Shown here: one piece after another, positions 27,930 through 36,802 of the stretch
Layout: each line of letters starts with the position of its first letter
How positions within the stretch are numbered: position 1 is the first letter of the stretch
Origin: an uncultured bacterium
GTDB taxonomy: Bacteria; Hydrogenedentota; Hydrogenedentia; Hydrogenedentales; JAEUWI01
Reading direction: 5' to 3'
Length of the DNA: 48,799 bases
NCBI GenBank assembly: GCA_963977445.1
Contig: CAXBPH010000010.1
Location: forward strand, 1-48,799
The notes under the pieces: model-generated
The model's database searches: none
Told to the model about the DNA's origin: nothing
What the model saw: only the letters and a program-made list of their open reading frames with translations
Position numbers and translations under genes: made by a program

Positions 27930-28958
27930 TCAGAAAACATCAATCTCGGCATCATACGCCTGAAGACCCGCATAGTGGCGTTCCGTGACGGAGACGCTGC
28001 TATGCCCCATCCATTTAGAGACCTTGAAAATACCTACCCCCTTCTGGACCAGCATGCTCCCAAACGTATGGCGCAAACGCTGGAAGGGTGCTTTTTCTGT
28101 TAACCCAGCATCCTTCAATGCTGCCATCAACGACTTCTTGGGGTCGAAACGGTAATGGTGTTTTCCCTCGGTCCACGGTGCGGTTTCAAAAAGGTAACCC
28201 TCGCCAGCGTGTGGCTCAAGCACTTCACGGATTCGCTGACTCATCGGAATAATCCGGTCTTCGTGATCCTTCACGTGAAAATCGTCATCCCCCTTGACGT
28301 GGATCGTTGGGGCATCCGGCTCGAACACAAACCAGTCCCATTTGGCGTGGATAATTTCATTGCGCCTCAATCCCGCCCAGCCGCCGAGAAGCACAACCCA
28401 TAGCGCATTGCGGTTCCTCTTCTCTGCGCAATCCAAGAGATCGGTGAGCTCTTCTTCGGTATGGAACTCCGGCATCTTCCGCTGAATCTTGAAACGCTCC
28501 ACACCGACTACCGGGTTGGCACCCGTGTACCATCCTTCTTTGATGGCACGGCCAATAATCGCCTGCACATCCTTCACGTCATTGTTGATGGTTTGTGGCT
28601 TTGCGCCGTCCTTCAGCCGCTTTCGCTTGAAGGCCTCCATCGTAGGTCGTGTGATGTCCCCGAGCCGCTCAGGCTTAGCCATGTCGACGAGATGACGCCA
28701 CGACAATGCGGTGCGTTCGTGGGAGCGCGGCTGCTTATGCTGCTTGGCCCATTCTTCGTACCGCTTCCAAAAATCTGAGATGGTTGGATTGATATCGACG
28801 GGGGCCTGGCGATGGGGATCCAAGAGTTTCGCTTCTCGGGCTTGTTTCTCCCGTTCGGCAATCTTCTTGTTGGTCGTCCTGAGCGATTCGCGGTATTGTT
28901 TTCCATTGGCGTAGTAGCTAATCCACCACGTATCACCGCGTTTAAATATGCTTGCCAT
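27930..28958 (-). CDS. Tyrosine recombinase/integrase
   Basis: N-terminal arm-binding-type region (IFKRGDTWWISYY); catalytic GLRRNE, VKDH, QRLRHT, MGHS and RHYA. GAGGTG RBS before MASIFK. Confidence 0.92.
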   Translation of the reverse strand: MASIFKRGDTWWISYYANGKQYRESLRTTNKKIAEREKQAREAKLLDPHRQAPVDINPTISDFWKRYEEWAKQHKQPRSHERTALSWRHLVDMAKPERLGDITRPTMEAFKRKRLKDGAKPQTINNDVKDVQAIIGRAIKEGWYTGANPVVGVERFKIQRKMPEFHTEEELTDLLDCAEKRNRNALWVVLLGGWAGLRRNEIIHAKWDWFVFEPDAPTIHVKGDDDFHVKDHEDRIIPMSQRIREVLEPHAGEGYLFETAPWTEGKHHYRFDPKKSLMAALKDAGLTEKAPFQRLRHTFGSMLVQKGVGIFKVSKWMGHSSVSVTERHYAGLQAYDAEIDVF

Positions 28959-28978
28959 TGTGCTCACCTCGGCAAACA

Positions 28979-29052
28979 TCATGCACAATTCATGCACAGT
29001 CGATCAAGTAGGAATCATGCGAGCCAAACAAATACCCTATAAACAAAGGGTA
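28979..29052. promoter_or_regulatory. att-proximal region: putative arm-type sites plus a dyad next to the tRNA end
   Basis: TCATGCACA at 28979 and 28990, TCATGCGAG at 29015; TACCCT-N8-AGGGTA at 29033-29052. Confidence 0.5.
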
Positions 29053-29056
29053 AAAA

Positions 29057-29133
29057 TGGCGCGCCAGGAGGGATTCGAACCCGCGACCTACGGCTTAGAA
29101 GGCCGTTGCTCTATCCAGCTGAGCTACTGGCGC
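29057..29133 (-). tRNA. tRNA-Arg (anticodon TCT), integration site
   Basis: GCGCCAGTAGCTCAGCTGGATAGAGCAACGGCCTTCTAAGCCGTAGGTCGCGGGTTCGAATCCCTCCTGGCGCGCCA; cloverleaf with encoded CCA. Confidence 0.97.
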
Positions 29134-29238
29134 ACGTGGTGTGTGGTGGTTGGGAGGCGGTGGGCTTGCCACAGCGGCCCTAATTATTCCACACCCGCCA
29201 CAACAACGTAAAGCACTATTTTGGTTTATATACGCGAT

Positions 29239-29268
29239 TTGCATGAATTTCTACTTTTGAAGTATACT
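29239..29268 (+). promoter_or_regulatory. Candidate sigma70 promoter of ppdK
   Basis: TTGCAT-N18-TATACT. Confidence 0.5.
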
Positions 29269-29410
29269 CCAAGGGTTTTGTCTGGACCTCAGATCGAAAC
29301 ATTCTATTTCTAAATGACCGCGGTGAATCCGTGCAGAGCTGTGCGTTGGGTCAAAACGCCCTGTTTTCCGCCGCGTCATGTCTATTGGCAACGTGAAGGA
29401 GAATACACTA

Positions 29411-32176
29411 ATGGCCAAGAAAAGCGTCTACTTTTTCGGTGGCGGCAAGGGTGACGGCAACGCCACCATGAAAAATCTTTTGGGTGGTAAAGGCGCCAAC
29501 CTCGCCGATATGGCTAAAATCGGCGTGCCCGTTCCTGCGGGATTCACGGTTACGACCGAAGTCTGCGTCGATTACTATAAAGAAAACGGACGCATCCCCA
29601 AGGGTGTGACTGAGGAATACCTGAAGGCCCTGAAGAAGGTCGAGAAGGTCATGGGCAAGAAGTATGGCGCGGCCAAGAACCCGCTCCTCCTTTCCGTCCG
29701 TTCCGGTGCCCGTATGTCCATGCCCGGCATGATGGATACGGTCCTCAATATCGGACTCAGCTCCAAGACGCTGCCCGGCCTGATTGAAGCCAGTGGCGAT
29801 GAGCGTTTTGCGTATGATGCCTACCGTCGTCTTATTACCATGTATGCCGACGTTGTGATGGAAAAGGCCTCTGGCCTGGAGCCCGCCGATGGCGAGAGCA
29901 TCCGTCACAAGCTGGAGCATGTCTTCGACGCCCTCAAAGAAGAACGGGGTGTTACGGAAGATACGGATCTCACGACGGACGACCTCAAGGGTCTTTGCAT
30001 CGAGTTCAAGAAAATTGTTAAAGCCACCTTGGGCAAGCCCTTCCCAGACGACGCGATGAAACAGCTTGAAGGCGGCATCAAGGCCGTGTTCCAGTCCTGG
30101 AATGGCAAGCGCGCCATCGCCTATCGCCAGATTGAAGGCATCCCCCACGAATGGGGCACAGCCGTTAACGTGCAGGCCATGGTATTCGGTAACATGGGCG
30201 AAGCTTCCGCCACAGGCGTAGCGTTCACCCGTAACCCGGCCAACGGCGAAGACATGTTCTACGGCGAGTGGCTCATCAATGCTCAGGGTGAAGACGTGGT
30301 TGCCGGTATCCGCACCCCCCTTCCCCTCAACAAGAAGTCCAAGACGCCCGACCAGAAGGCCATCAAGTCCCTGGAAGAGCTTTGGCCCAAAACCTACAAG
30401 CAGCTCTTCGCCATCCGTAATAAGCTGGAAAAGCATTACACGGATATGCAGGACGTTGAGTTCACCATCGAAAACAAAGAGCTCTGGATGCTCCAGACCC
30501 GTACCGGCAAGCGCACGGGCCCGGCGGCTATCCGCATGGCTGTTGAGATGGCTGAGAAGAAGCTCATTAATAAAGAGACCGCCCTCATGCGTGTCGATCC
30601 GGAGCAGATCAACGAGCTCCTTCACCCCATGGTCGATCCCAAGGCCGAAGCGAAGGCCGTCTTGCTTGCAAAGGGTCTTCCTGCGGGTCCCGGTGGTGGT
30701 GTAGGCCAGGTTGTCTTCACCTCCGAAGCCGCCGAAGAATGGGCTGCCAAGGGCAAGAAGGTCATCCTCGTTCGTAACGAAACCTCCCCCGAGGACGTGC
30801 ACGGTATGCACGCTGCCGACGGTATCCTCACGGCAAAAGGCGGCATGACCAGCCACGCGGCCCTCGTTGCCCGTGGATGGGGCAAGTGCTGCATCGTAGG
30901 TTGCGGTTCGCTCCAGATTGATGCCAAGGCCAAGCAGTTTACGGTAGCCAAGAAAGTCGTCAAAGAAGGCGACTGGGTATCCATGAACGGCACCACGGGT
31001 GACCTTTTCGAAGGTGCTCTCGATGTGCTGCCCGCCCAGCCCGACAAAAACAAGTGGTACAGCAAGCTCATGGGTTGGGCCGATGCCACCCGTCAGATCA
31101 ACGTTCGTACCAACTGTGAGTCCCCCGCCGACGCCGCGCAGGCCATTGCCTTCGGTGCCGAGGGTATTGGCCTCGCCCGTACGGAGCACATGTTCTTCGA
31201 ACCCGAACGTATCATTCACATGCGTGAAATGATTCTTGCAGACAACGTAGCGGACCGTCGCGCTGCCGTCATGAAGTTGCTGCCCTTCCAGAAGAAAGAC
31301 TTCCTGGGCATCTTCAAGGCCATGGCCGGCAAGCCCGTCACGGTCCGTTTGCTCGATCCCCCGCTGCACGAATTCGTGACGCTCAATGATGAGCAGGTTC
31401 ACGAATTGGCCAAGCACATGGGTCTCAAGCCGGCCGATATCAACAACCGTATCGCCCAGCTTCACGAACTCAACCCCATGCTCGGCCACCGTGGCTGCCG
31501 CCTGGGTATTGCCTATCCGGAAATCACCGAGATGCAGGCCACGGCTATCCTCAGTGCCGCCGCCGAGCTGACCAAGAAGAAGGTCAAGGTTTTCCCCGAA
31601 ATCATGATCCCGCTGGTTGGCCACCAGAATGAATTCATCAACCAGGCCAAACTGGTTCGCAGTATTGCCGAAGACGTCATGAAGAAGTACAATCTCAAGA
31701 AGCTCGATTTCATGGTCGGTACCATGATCGAAATTCCCCGTGCTTGCCTTGTGGCCGACAAAATTGCTGAGCACGCTGAATTCTTCAGCTTTGGCACCAA
31801 CGACCTCACCCAGATGGGCTTTGGTTTCTCCCGCGACGATATTGGTGGCTTCCTGCCCGCCTATCTCAAGGACGAAATCCTCCCCGTCGATCCCTTCCAG
31901 GTCCTCGACCAGGACGGCATCGGCCAGTTGGTCGAGATGGGCGTTGAACGTGGTCGTAGCACCAATGCAGACCTCAAGGTCGGCATCTGCGGCGAACACG
32001 GTGGTGAGCCCAAGTCGGTTAAGTTCTGTCACCGCACTGGCTTGAACTACGTAAGCTGCAGCCCCTTCCGGGTCCCAATTGCCCGTCTGGCTGCTGCTCA
32101 GGCTGCGCTGGAGTCCCCACGCAAGGCCGCCAAAAAGAAAGCCGCCAAGAAAAAGTCCGCCGCGAAGAAAAAATAA
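29411..32176 (+). CDS. ppdK: Pyruvate, phosphate dikinase
   Basis: LLGGKGANL, SVRSGA, GGMTSHAA phosphohistidine motif, FSFGTNDLTQ and GICGEHGG; start MAKKSVY after GAAGGAG. Confidence 0.97.
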   Translation: MAKKSVYFFGGGKGDGNATMKNLLGGKGANLADMAKIGVPVPAGFTVTTEVCVDYYKENGRIPKGVTEEYLKALKKVEKVMGKKYGAAKNPLLLSVRSGARMSMPGMMDTVLNIGLSSKTLPGLIEASGDERFAYDAYRRLITMYADVVMEKASGLEPADGESIRHKLEHVFDALKEERGVTEDTDLTTDDLKGLCIEFKKIVKATLGKPFPDDAMKQLEGGIKAVFQSWNGKRAIAYRQIEGIPHEWGTAVNVQAMVFGNMGEASATGVAFTRNPANGEDMFYGEWLINAQGEDVVAGIRTPLPLNKKSKTPDQKAIKSLEELWPKTYKQLFAIRNKLEKHYTDMQDVEFTIENKELWMLQTRTGKRTGPAAIRMAVEMAEKKLINKETALMRVDPEQINELLHPMVDPKAEAKAVLLAKGLPAGPGGGVGQVVFTSEAAEEWAAKGKKVILVRNETSPEDVHGMHAADGILTAKGGMTSHAALVARGWGKCCIVGCGSLQIDAKAKQFTVAKKVVKEGDWVSMNGTTGDLFEGALDVLPAQPDKNKWYSKLMGWADATRQINVRTNCESPADAAQAIAFGAEGIGLARTEHMFFEPERIIHMREMILADNVADRRAAVMKLLPFQKKDFLGIFKAMAGKPVTVRLLDPPLHEFVTLNDEQVHELAKHMGLKPADINNRIAQLHELNPMLGHRGCRLGIAYPEITEMQATAILSAAAELTKKKVKVFPEIMIPLVGHQNEFINQAKLVRSIAEDVMKKYNLKKLDFMVGTMIEIPRACLVADKIAEHAEFFSFGTNDLTQMGFGFSRDDIGGFLPAYLKDEILPVDPFQVLDQDGIGQLVEMGVERGRSTNADLKVGICGEHGGEPKSVKFCHRTGLNYVSCSPFRVPIARLAAAQAALESPRKAAKKKAAKKKSAAKKK

Positions 32177-32199
32177 CGCTCCGCGTCGTAAATACCTTC

Positions 32200-32232
32200 A
32201 GCCCCCTGCACCGATGGTGCGGGGGGCTTTTT
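32200..32232 (+). terminator. Intrinsic terminator of ppdK
   Basis: AGCCCCCTGCACC-GAT-GGTGCGGGGGGCT then TTTT. Confidence 0.9.
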
Positions 32233-32364
32233 CTGTTCAATCTAATAAAAACTCTTATATTGCCATTAGTATTGCTATTTTGCGAGATTTACGGAATAAT
32301 ACGTACAGGAGAAACACGGTGGTCAGGCGTAAATAACAGGAAAATATGAAATCCGGATAACCCA

Positions 32365-33945
32365 TTGCAAGCTTTTCAAATCCACATACATCGTCTTGGA
32401 CGTCTCGAAATGTCGGGACCCCTTGGGAAGATGCCCTGTCTGGTCGGACGTTCTCCGCAGGCAGATTTTGTGCTGTGTGAAGATTCTGTCAGTCGTCAGC
32501 ACGCCCGGCTCCAGGTGCGGGATGGGAAGGTCCATATTGAGGACCTCAACTCCAGCAACGGCGTGCTGGTTAATGGCAGTCGTGTCGAGACGGCGCTGTT
32601 GTTGCCCACCGACGACGTGCGCCTGGGGGGATATACCCTATCCATCGAGCCGGTGCTCGAAGCCAGCCCCCCACTTTCCGGTCATCGGACAGAGCTGGAT
32701 TATGACGACGTAGGCCGCATTCATGAGCGCCTCGTCGACGATGACCACCCTTCCCTGTCTTTTTTGTATAGACTCTCGCTGCATATGGCCCAACATCGGT
32801 CCATGCGACCACTGCTGGAAACAATTCTCGAAGATGTTATGGGTGCGTTACCTGCAGAGCGTGGCTACATCGTGACCCAGGGTGAACGTGACGGCGCGGC
32901 CGAAATATGCGTTTCGAAGTCCCTCCACAACGTGGTCGCCGCTCCGCCCCTCAGCCAGACTCTGGTACATCACGTTCAGCACACCCGGAGCAGTGTTCTC
33001 ACCACAGATGCCTCCTCAGATTCACGTTTTGAATCTTCCGACAGCATCGTGGCCCACCATATCCAAGCCGCTATCTGCGTACCCCTGACCAGCCACGATA
33101 CTGTATTTGGCGTCATTTACGTGGATGGCAGCTCGGCCCCCCTGGCATTTACCCGGTCCCATTTGCAGCTCTTGTCTATCGTCGGCCAAATGGCCGGTGC
33201 AGCGGTTGAAAATATCTTCCTGACCGAACAGAAAATTCATCAGGAACGTCTGGCAGCAATCGGGCAGACCGTGTCGGCAACGAGCCACGATATGCGCAAC
33301 ATCCTTCTCGGCATTTCGGGAGGCACCCAATTGCTCGAAATAGCCCAGGAAAAGCAACAATGGGATCGCACCGAAAAGGCGACCCGTATCATTCGCACTT
33401 CCCTCGATCGGTTTGAGTCGCTGGTCAACAGCTTGCTGACCTGTGCGAAGAAAACCGACCTTTCCCTCAGCATGACCTATCTGGGCCCGCTGGTGAAAGA
33501 TGTCGTGGAAGCGCTGGGAACGACCGCCGAATCTTGCGGGGTAAAACTGGTCGTCGACGATCGTTGCGAAGGCAGTTTGTCCCTTGACGCCCAACAGGTT
33601 TATCGCGTGATAACCAATCTGGTTAAGAACGCAATAGAATCCATGGAGAACACGGGCGGAACAGTTCGCATGGAAATATTCACCGATGGAAGTGCCCACT
33701 TTGTTCGGGTTCACGATAGCGGGCGGGGTATAAAGCCGGAGCATTTGGAACGTATCGGGCAAGCCTTTTTCACCACCAAAAACGGCCGTGGAACAGGCCT
33801 GGGACTCGCCGTGTGCTTCCAGATAATGGAACAGCACGAGGGCAAGGTACATGTCGAAAGCACCTATGGGGAAGGCTCAACCTTCACCCTGGAATTTCCG
33901 GTGGCGGCCCAGACTGCCATCCGATTTACCCGCCTGACCGCCTGA
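32365..33945 (+). CDS. FHA-GAF sensor histidine kinase (copy 1)
   Basis: FHA GRS...SVSRQHA...SSNG; GAF ICVPL...GVIYVD; H-box SHDMRN; N, G1, F and G2 boxes. TTG start is uncertain. Confidence 0.88.
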   Translation: MQAFQIHIHRLGRLEMSGPLGKMPCLVGRSPQADFVLCEDSVSRQHARLQVRDGKVHIEDLNSSNGVLVNGSRVETALLLPTDDVRLGGYTLSIEPVLEASPPLSGHRTELDYDDVGRIHERLVDDDHPSLSFLYRLSLHMAQHRSMRPLLETILEDVMGALPAERGYIVTQGERDGAAEICVSKSLHNVVAAPPLSQTLVHHVQHTRSSVLTTDASSDSRFESSDSIVAHHIQAAICVPLTSHDTVFGVIYVDGSSAPLAFTRSHLQLLSIVGQMAGAAVENIFLTEQKIHQERLAAIGQTVSATSHDMRNILLGISGGTQLLEIAQEKQQWDRTEKATRIIRTSLDRFESLVNSLLTCAKKTDLSLSMTYLGPLVKDVVEALGTTAESCGVKLVVDDRCEGSLSLDAQQVYRVITNLVKNAIESMENTGGTVRMEIFTDGSAHFVRVHDSGRGIKPEHLERIGQAFFTTKNGRGTGLGLAVCFQIMEQHEGKVHVESTYGEGSTFTLEFPVAAQTAIRFTRLTA

Positions 33946-34086
33946 GTCTCATCCCGACGCTCTCATCCAATCCTGCTCGTAGTTGTTGCAAATGTGCGCC
34001 GGTATTATGGACAATCATCCTACAGGACCAGAACAAGGCTATTCTGATGCCTTGGGCGTCGCGTCAAATGCATTCCAGGGAGTCTC

Positions 34087-35667
34087 ATGGTTATCTATCG
34101 GGTAAAATTATGGAGCGCTCAAAAGCCCCCATTCGAGCACATGGTCTCGGTGGGTCCCCAGTTAATCGGGCGCGCCTCCCGAGCCGATATTGTTCTTGCC
34201 GAAGACAGTGTGAGTCGCCGTCATGCCAAACTATACGTCAGCGATTCCGATCTGATTATTGAAGATCTGGGCTCCAGCAATGGGGTCGTTGTCAATGGAG
34301 AGCGAATCACGAAAGCGACCATCGGTCCGAAGGATACCGTTCAGATCGGTTGCTACTCGTTGCGGGCCGAAATTCTTGATGCGGTCCCGCAGCAGCGGTT
34401 CGTCCGCCGAACCGAAATCGAATACAACGACGTCGCACCGATTCACGAAAAGCTGGTGGAAACAGACCAGTCCTCCGTTTCCTTTCTCTACGCTGTTTCC
34501 CAATGCTTGTGTACGCACCGCAACTTAAATCCCCTGCTCGAAAGCGTCCTCGATGCGGTTATGGCGAATATACCGGCAGAACGTGGCTTTGTGCTCGCCC
34601 GCCGGACACCTGAGGACGTCCTGAAACTGGCAACCTCCCGTATTCGCCGTCCGCGAGACAGTGCGCCGCCCCTCAGTCACACCCTGGTAGACCAGGTGGT
34701 GGAAACCAAGACGAGTATCATGACGACCGACGCAAGTCAGGATGACCGGTTTGAAAATTCGGACAGTATCGCCGAGTTCCAGATCAAAGCCGTCATTTGC
34801 GTACCCCTCTCTGGGCATGAAGGGGTATACGGGGCGATTTATATCGATTCCGATTCGGTACCCGTTCCACTCACCCAAAAGCATCTGCAGGTTTTGTCCA
34901 TCGTAGGCCAAATCGTGGGTGCGGGCATTGAAAATATTGCGCTGAATGATAAGCAGATTCGTCAGGAACGGCTCGCGGGCATTGGAGAGACCGTCTCCGG
35001 AACCAGCCATGATATGCGAAATATCTTGATGGGAATTTCCGGTGGCACGGAAATGATAAATTTCGCGTGTGAGGAAGAAAAATGGAAGCAGGCGCGGGAC
35101 GGCGTCCGAATCCTGAACCAAACCCTCACCCGGTTTAAGGCGCTCGCTGACAACCTCCTGAACTATGCCCGGGTCACCGATTTGAACTTGGAAGAAACCA
35201 ACTTACAGGATCTCGTTTTCGAGGTTTTGGAAGCCGTGAAGCCCGAGGCGCAAAAGCGCTCTATTGATATGCGCTTTGATCACTGCGCCCCCTCCAATAT
35301 CGTCCTGGATTCCCAACAGATGTATCGGGTCTTGCTCAATCTGGTCAAGAATGCCATGGAGGCCATGGAAGAACAAGGCGGCACCATTTCCATTGAATCC
35401 GGCAGTGAAGCGGGTGCGGTATTCATTCGTGTCAGAGATTCTGGTCCGGGCATCCTGCCCGAGCACATGCCTCGGATTGGGCAACCTTTTTTCACCACAA
35501 AACAAGACAAAGGCACGGGATTGGGTCTGGCCACCTGTTTTCGAATTATGGAACAGCACAACGGAAAGATCCAGGTCGACAGCAATCCGACGGACGGCAC
35601 GACGTTTACGCTAAAATTCCCACCCGACTATTCCATCACACGAAACGATCTAATTCCCGGCGGTTGA
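34087..35667 (+). CDS. FHA-GAF sensor histidine kinase (copy 2)
   Basis: Same architecture and length as copy 1; AGGGAG RBS. Confidence 0.9.
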   Translation: MVIYRVKLWSAQKPPFEHMVSVGPQLIGRASRADIVLAEDSVSRRHAKLYVSDSDLIIEDLGSSNGVVVNGERITKATIGPKDTVQIGCYSLRAEILDAVPQQRFVRRTEIEYNDVAPIHEKLVETDQSSVSFLYAVSQCLCTHRNLNPLLESVLDAVMANIPAERGFVLARRTPEDVLKLATSRIRRPRDSAPPLSHTLVDQVVETKTSIMTTDASQDDRFENSDSIAEFQIKAVICVPLSGHEGVYGAIYIDSDSVPVPLTQKHLQVLSIVGQIVGAGIENIALNDKQIRQERLAGIGETVSGTSHDMRNILMGISGGTEMINFACEEEKWKQARDGVRILNQTLTRFKALADNLLNYARVTDLNLEETNLQDLVFEVLEAVKPEAQKRSIDMRFDHCAPSNIVLDSQQMYRVLLNLVKNAMEAMEEQGGTISIESGSEAGAVFIRVRDSGPGILPEHMPRIGQPFFTTKQDKGTGLGLATCFRIMEQHNGKIQVDSNPTDGTTFTLKFPPDYSITRNDLIPGG

Positions 35668-35687
35668 GGGCCTCTTTCCGCATAATG

Positions 35688-36623
35688 TCAATGGTCAGGG
35701 CGGGGGCTTTTCTCCGGGTGTATGGTCGACGCGACCAATTCGACAAACAAGGACATTGCCCGCTCTGACGCCGTTCCATGGAGGCCTTTCCAGGCATCGA
35801 TTCTCGCCTGAAAGTTACCATCGGTAAAGTCGATACGATCGACGGCGCAATCTCCGAGCAATGCCTGTTGGCGAAGCCCATACAGCCGCAATTCCTTAGC
35901 ACGGTCAATGCTGCCTGTAAACTCTTCCAGAGATTGCTCCGCCGCTCGGAAGCGTCGGGCCGTGCTCTCCGATTCGAGTGGTGCCTCCAACAGAGGCACG
36001 TGGGGCAAATCGGGATAGAGCCTCTCGCGGCAATCCGGGCAAATACCATGACTGAAGTGGGCACTGGAATGGGCTGTTATGTATGCCTCAACAGTTTCCC
36101 AATATCCTTCATCATCCCGAATCCGTTTGCAGCTGGCGCAGATGGGAAGTAGCCCGGAAAGACGCTGCACCGTCGCCAGTGCTTGCTGCAGATCATGAAT
36201 CAATGCGGCACGATCTTGCTCCAAGGCGGCTCGCTGGGTGGCGTCGCGCAGGGTATACAGCAGAGCGGGCACCTCATCCCAGGGAATGACGGCGGCCGTA
36301 ACTTCTCCCAAACAGACGCCACCATCCTTTCGTCGAAATGAAACCGGACCGAAGACTCCATCGAAAAATTGGCAGCGCTCAAGATAGTCCGGGGCGTACT
36401 CGGTAATGAGGACGGGAAACTGGGTCCCACGGAGTGACACACTACTGTATCCGAGCACGCGCTCCACCGCGTCATTGACATGGAGTATGGTCTTCATACC
36501 ACCATCCAGAACGAAGAACACATCGTGGGAGGCATTGAAAATGGTTTCGAGATGCTCTTGAGAAAGGTGTGACAGCTCTATTGATGTGCCCGGGTCCTCA
36601 CCGGCATCGTGTTCTCGCTTCAT
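35688..36623 (-). CDS. PAS domain + Cys4 zinc-ribbon + acyl-CoA-binding-protein-like fusion
   Basis: PAS (VNDAVERVLGYS, RRKDG); LPICASCKRIRDD...SHGICPDC; C-terminal LYGL..QA..GDC...DAWKGLHG...AM. Confidence 0.8.
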   Translation of the reverse strand: MKREHDAGEDPGTSIELSHLSQEHLETIFNASHDVFFVLDGGMKTILHVNDAVERVLGYSSVSLRGTQFPVLITEYAPDYLERCQFFDGVFGPVSFRRKDGGVCLGEVTAAVIPWDEVPALLYTLRDATQRAALEQDRAALIHDLQQALATVQRLSGLLPICASCKRIRDDEGYWETVEAYITAHSSAHFSHGICPDCRERLYPDLPHVPLLEAPLESESTARRFRAAEQSLEEFTGSIDRAKELRLYGLRQQALLGDCAVDRIDFTDGNFQARIDAWKGLHGTASERAMSLFVELVASTIHPEKSPRPDH

Positions 36624-36802
36624 TGCCGCTCCTCAACCACACCGATAGAGACAAAATTACGTGTGTCATCACGGGCCTGAGTGCACATCGCTTGCCGTTG
36701 CCCAAGTAGTCACATCCGTGCATATAGTGTACCTGATTTCATAGAAAGTCGCCAGACTCACCTCAGGCTGTATCAATACCACAGCCTGCTTCTATGCACC
36801 TG

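Larger units (their letters stand above)
255..29079. mobile_element. tRNA-Arg-integrated genomic island with BREX cargo; left boundary not determined
   Basis: Integrase immediately downstream of the tRNA 3' end, two excisionase-type HTH genes, primase-helicase, DUF932-like gene and a defence system. Housekeeping genes resume on the other side of the tRNA. No second att copy was seen in the window. Confidence 0.8.

Noticed and set aside
29408..32032. 874-aa antisense ORF
   Set aside because: Shadow of ppdK caused by strong codon bias; no motifs.
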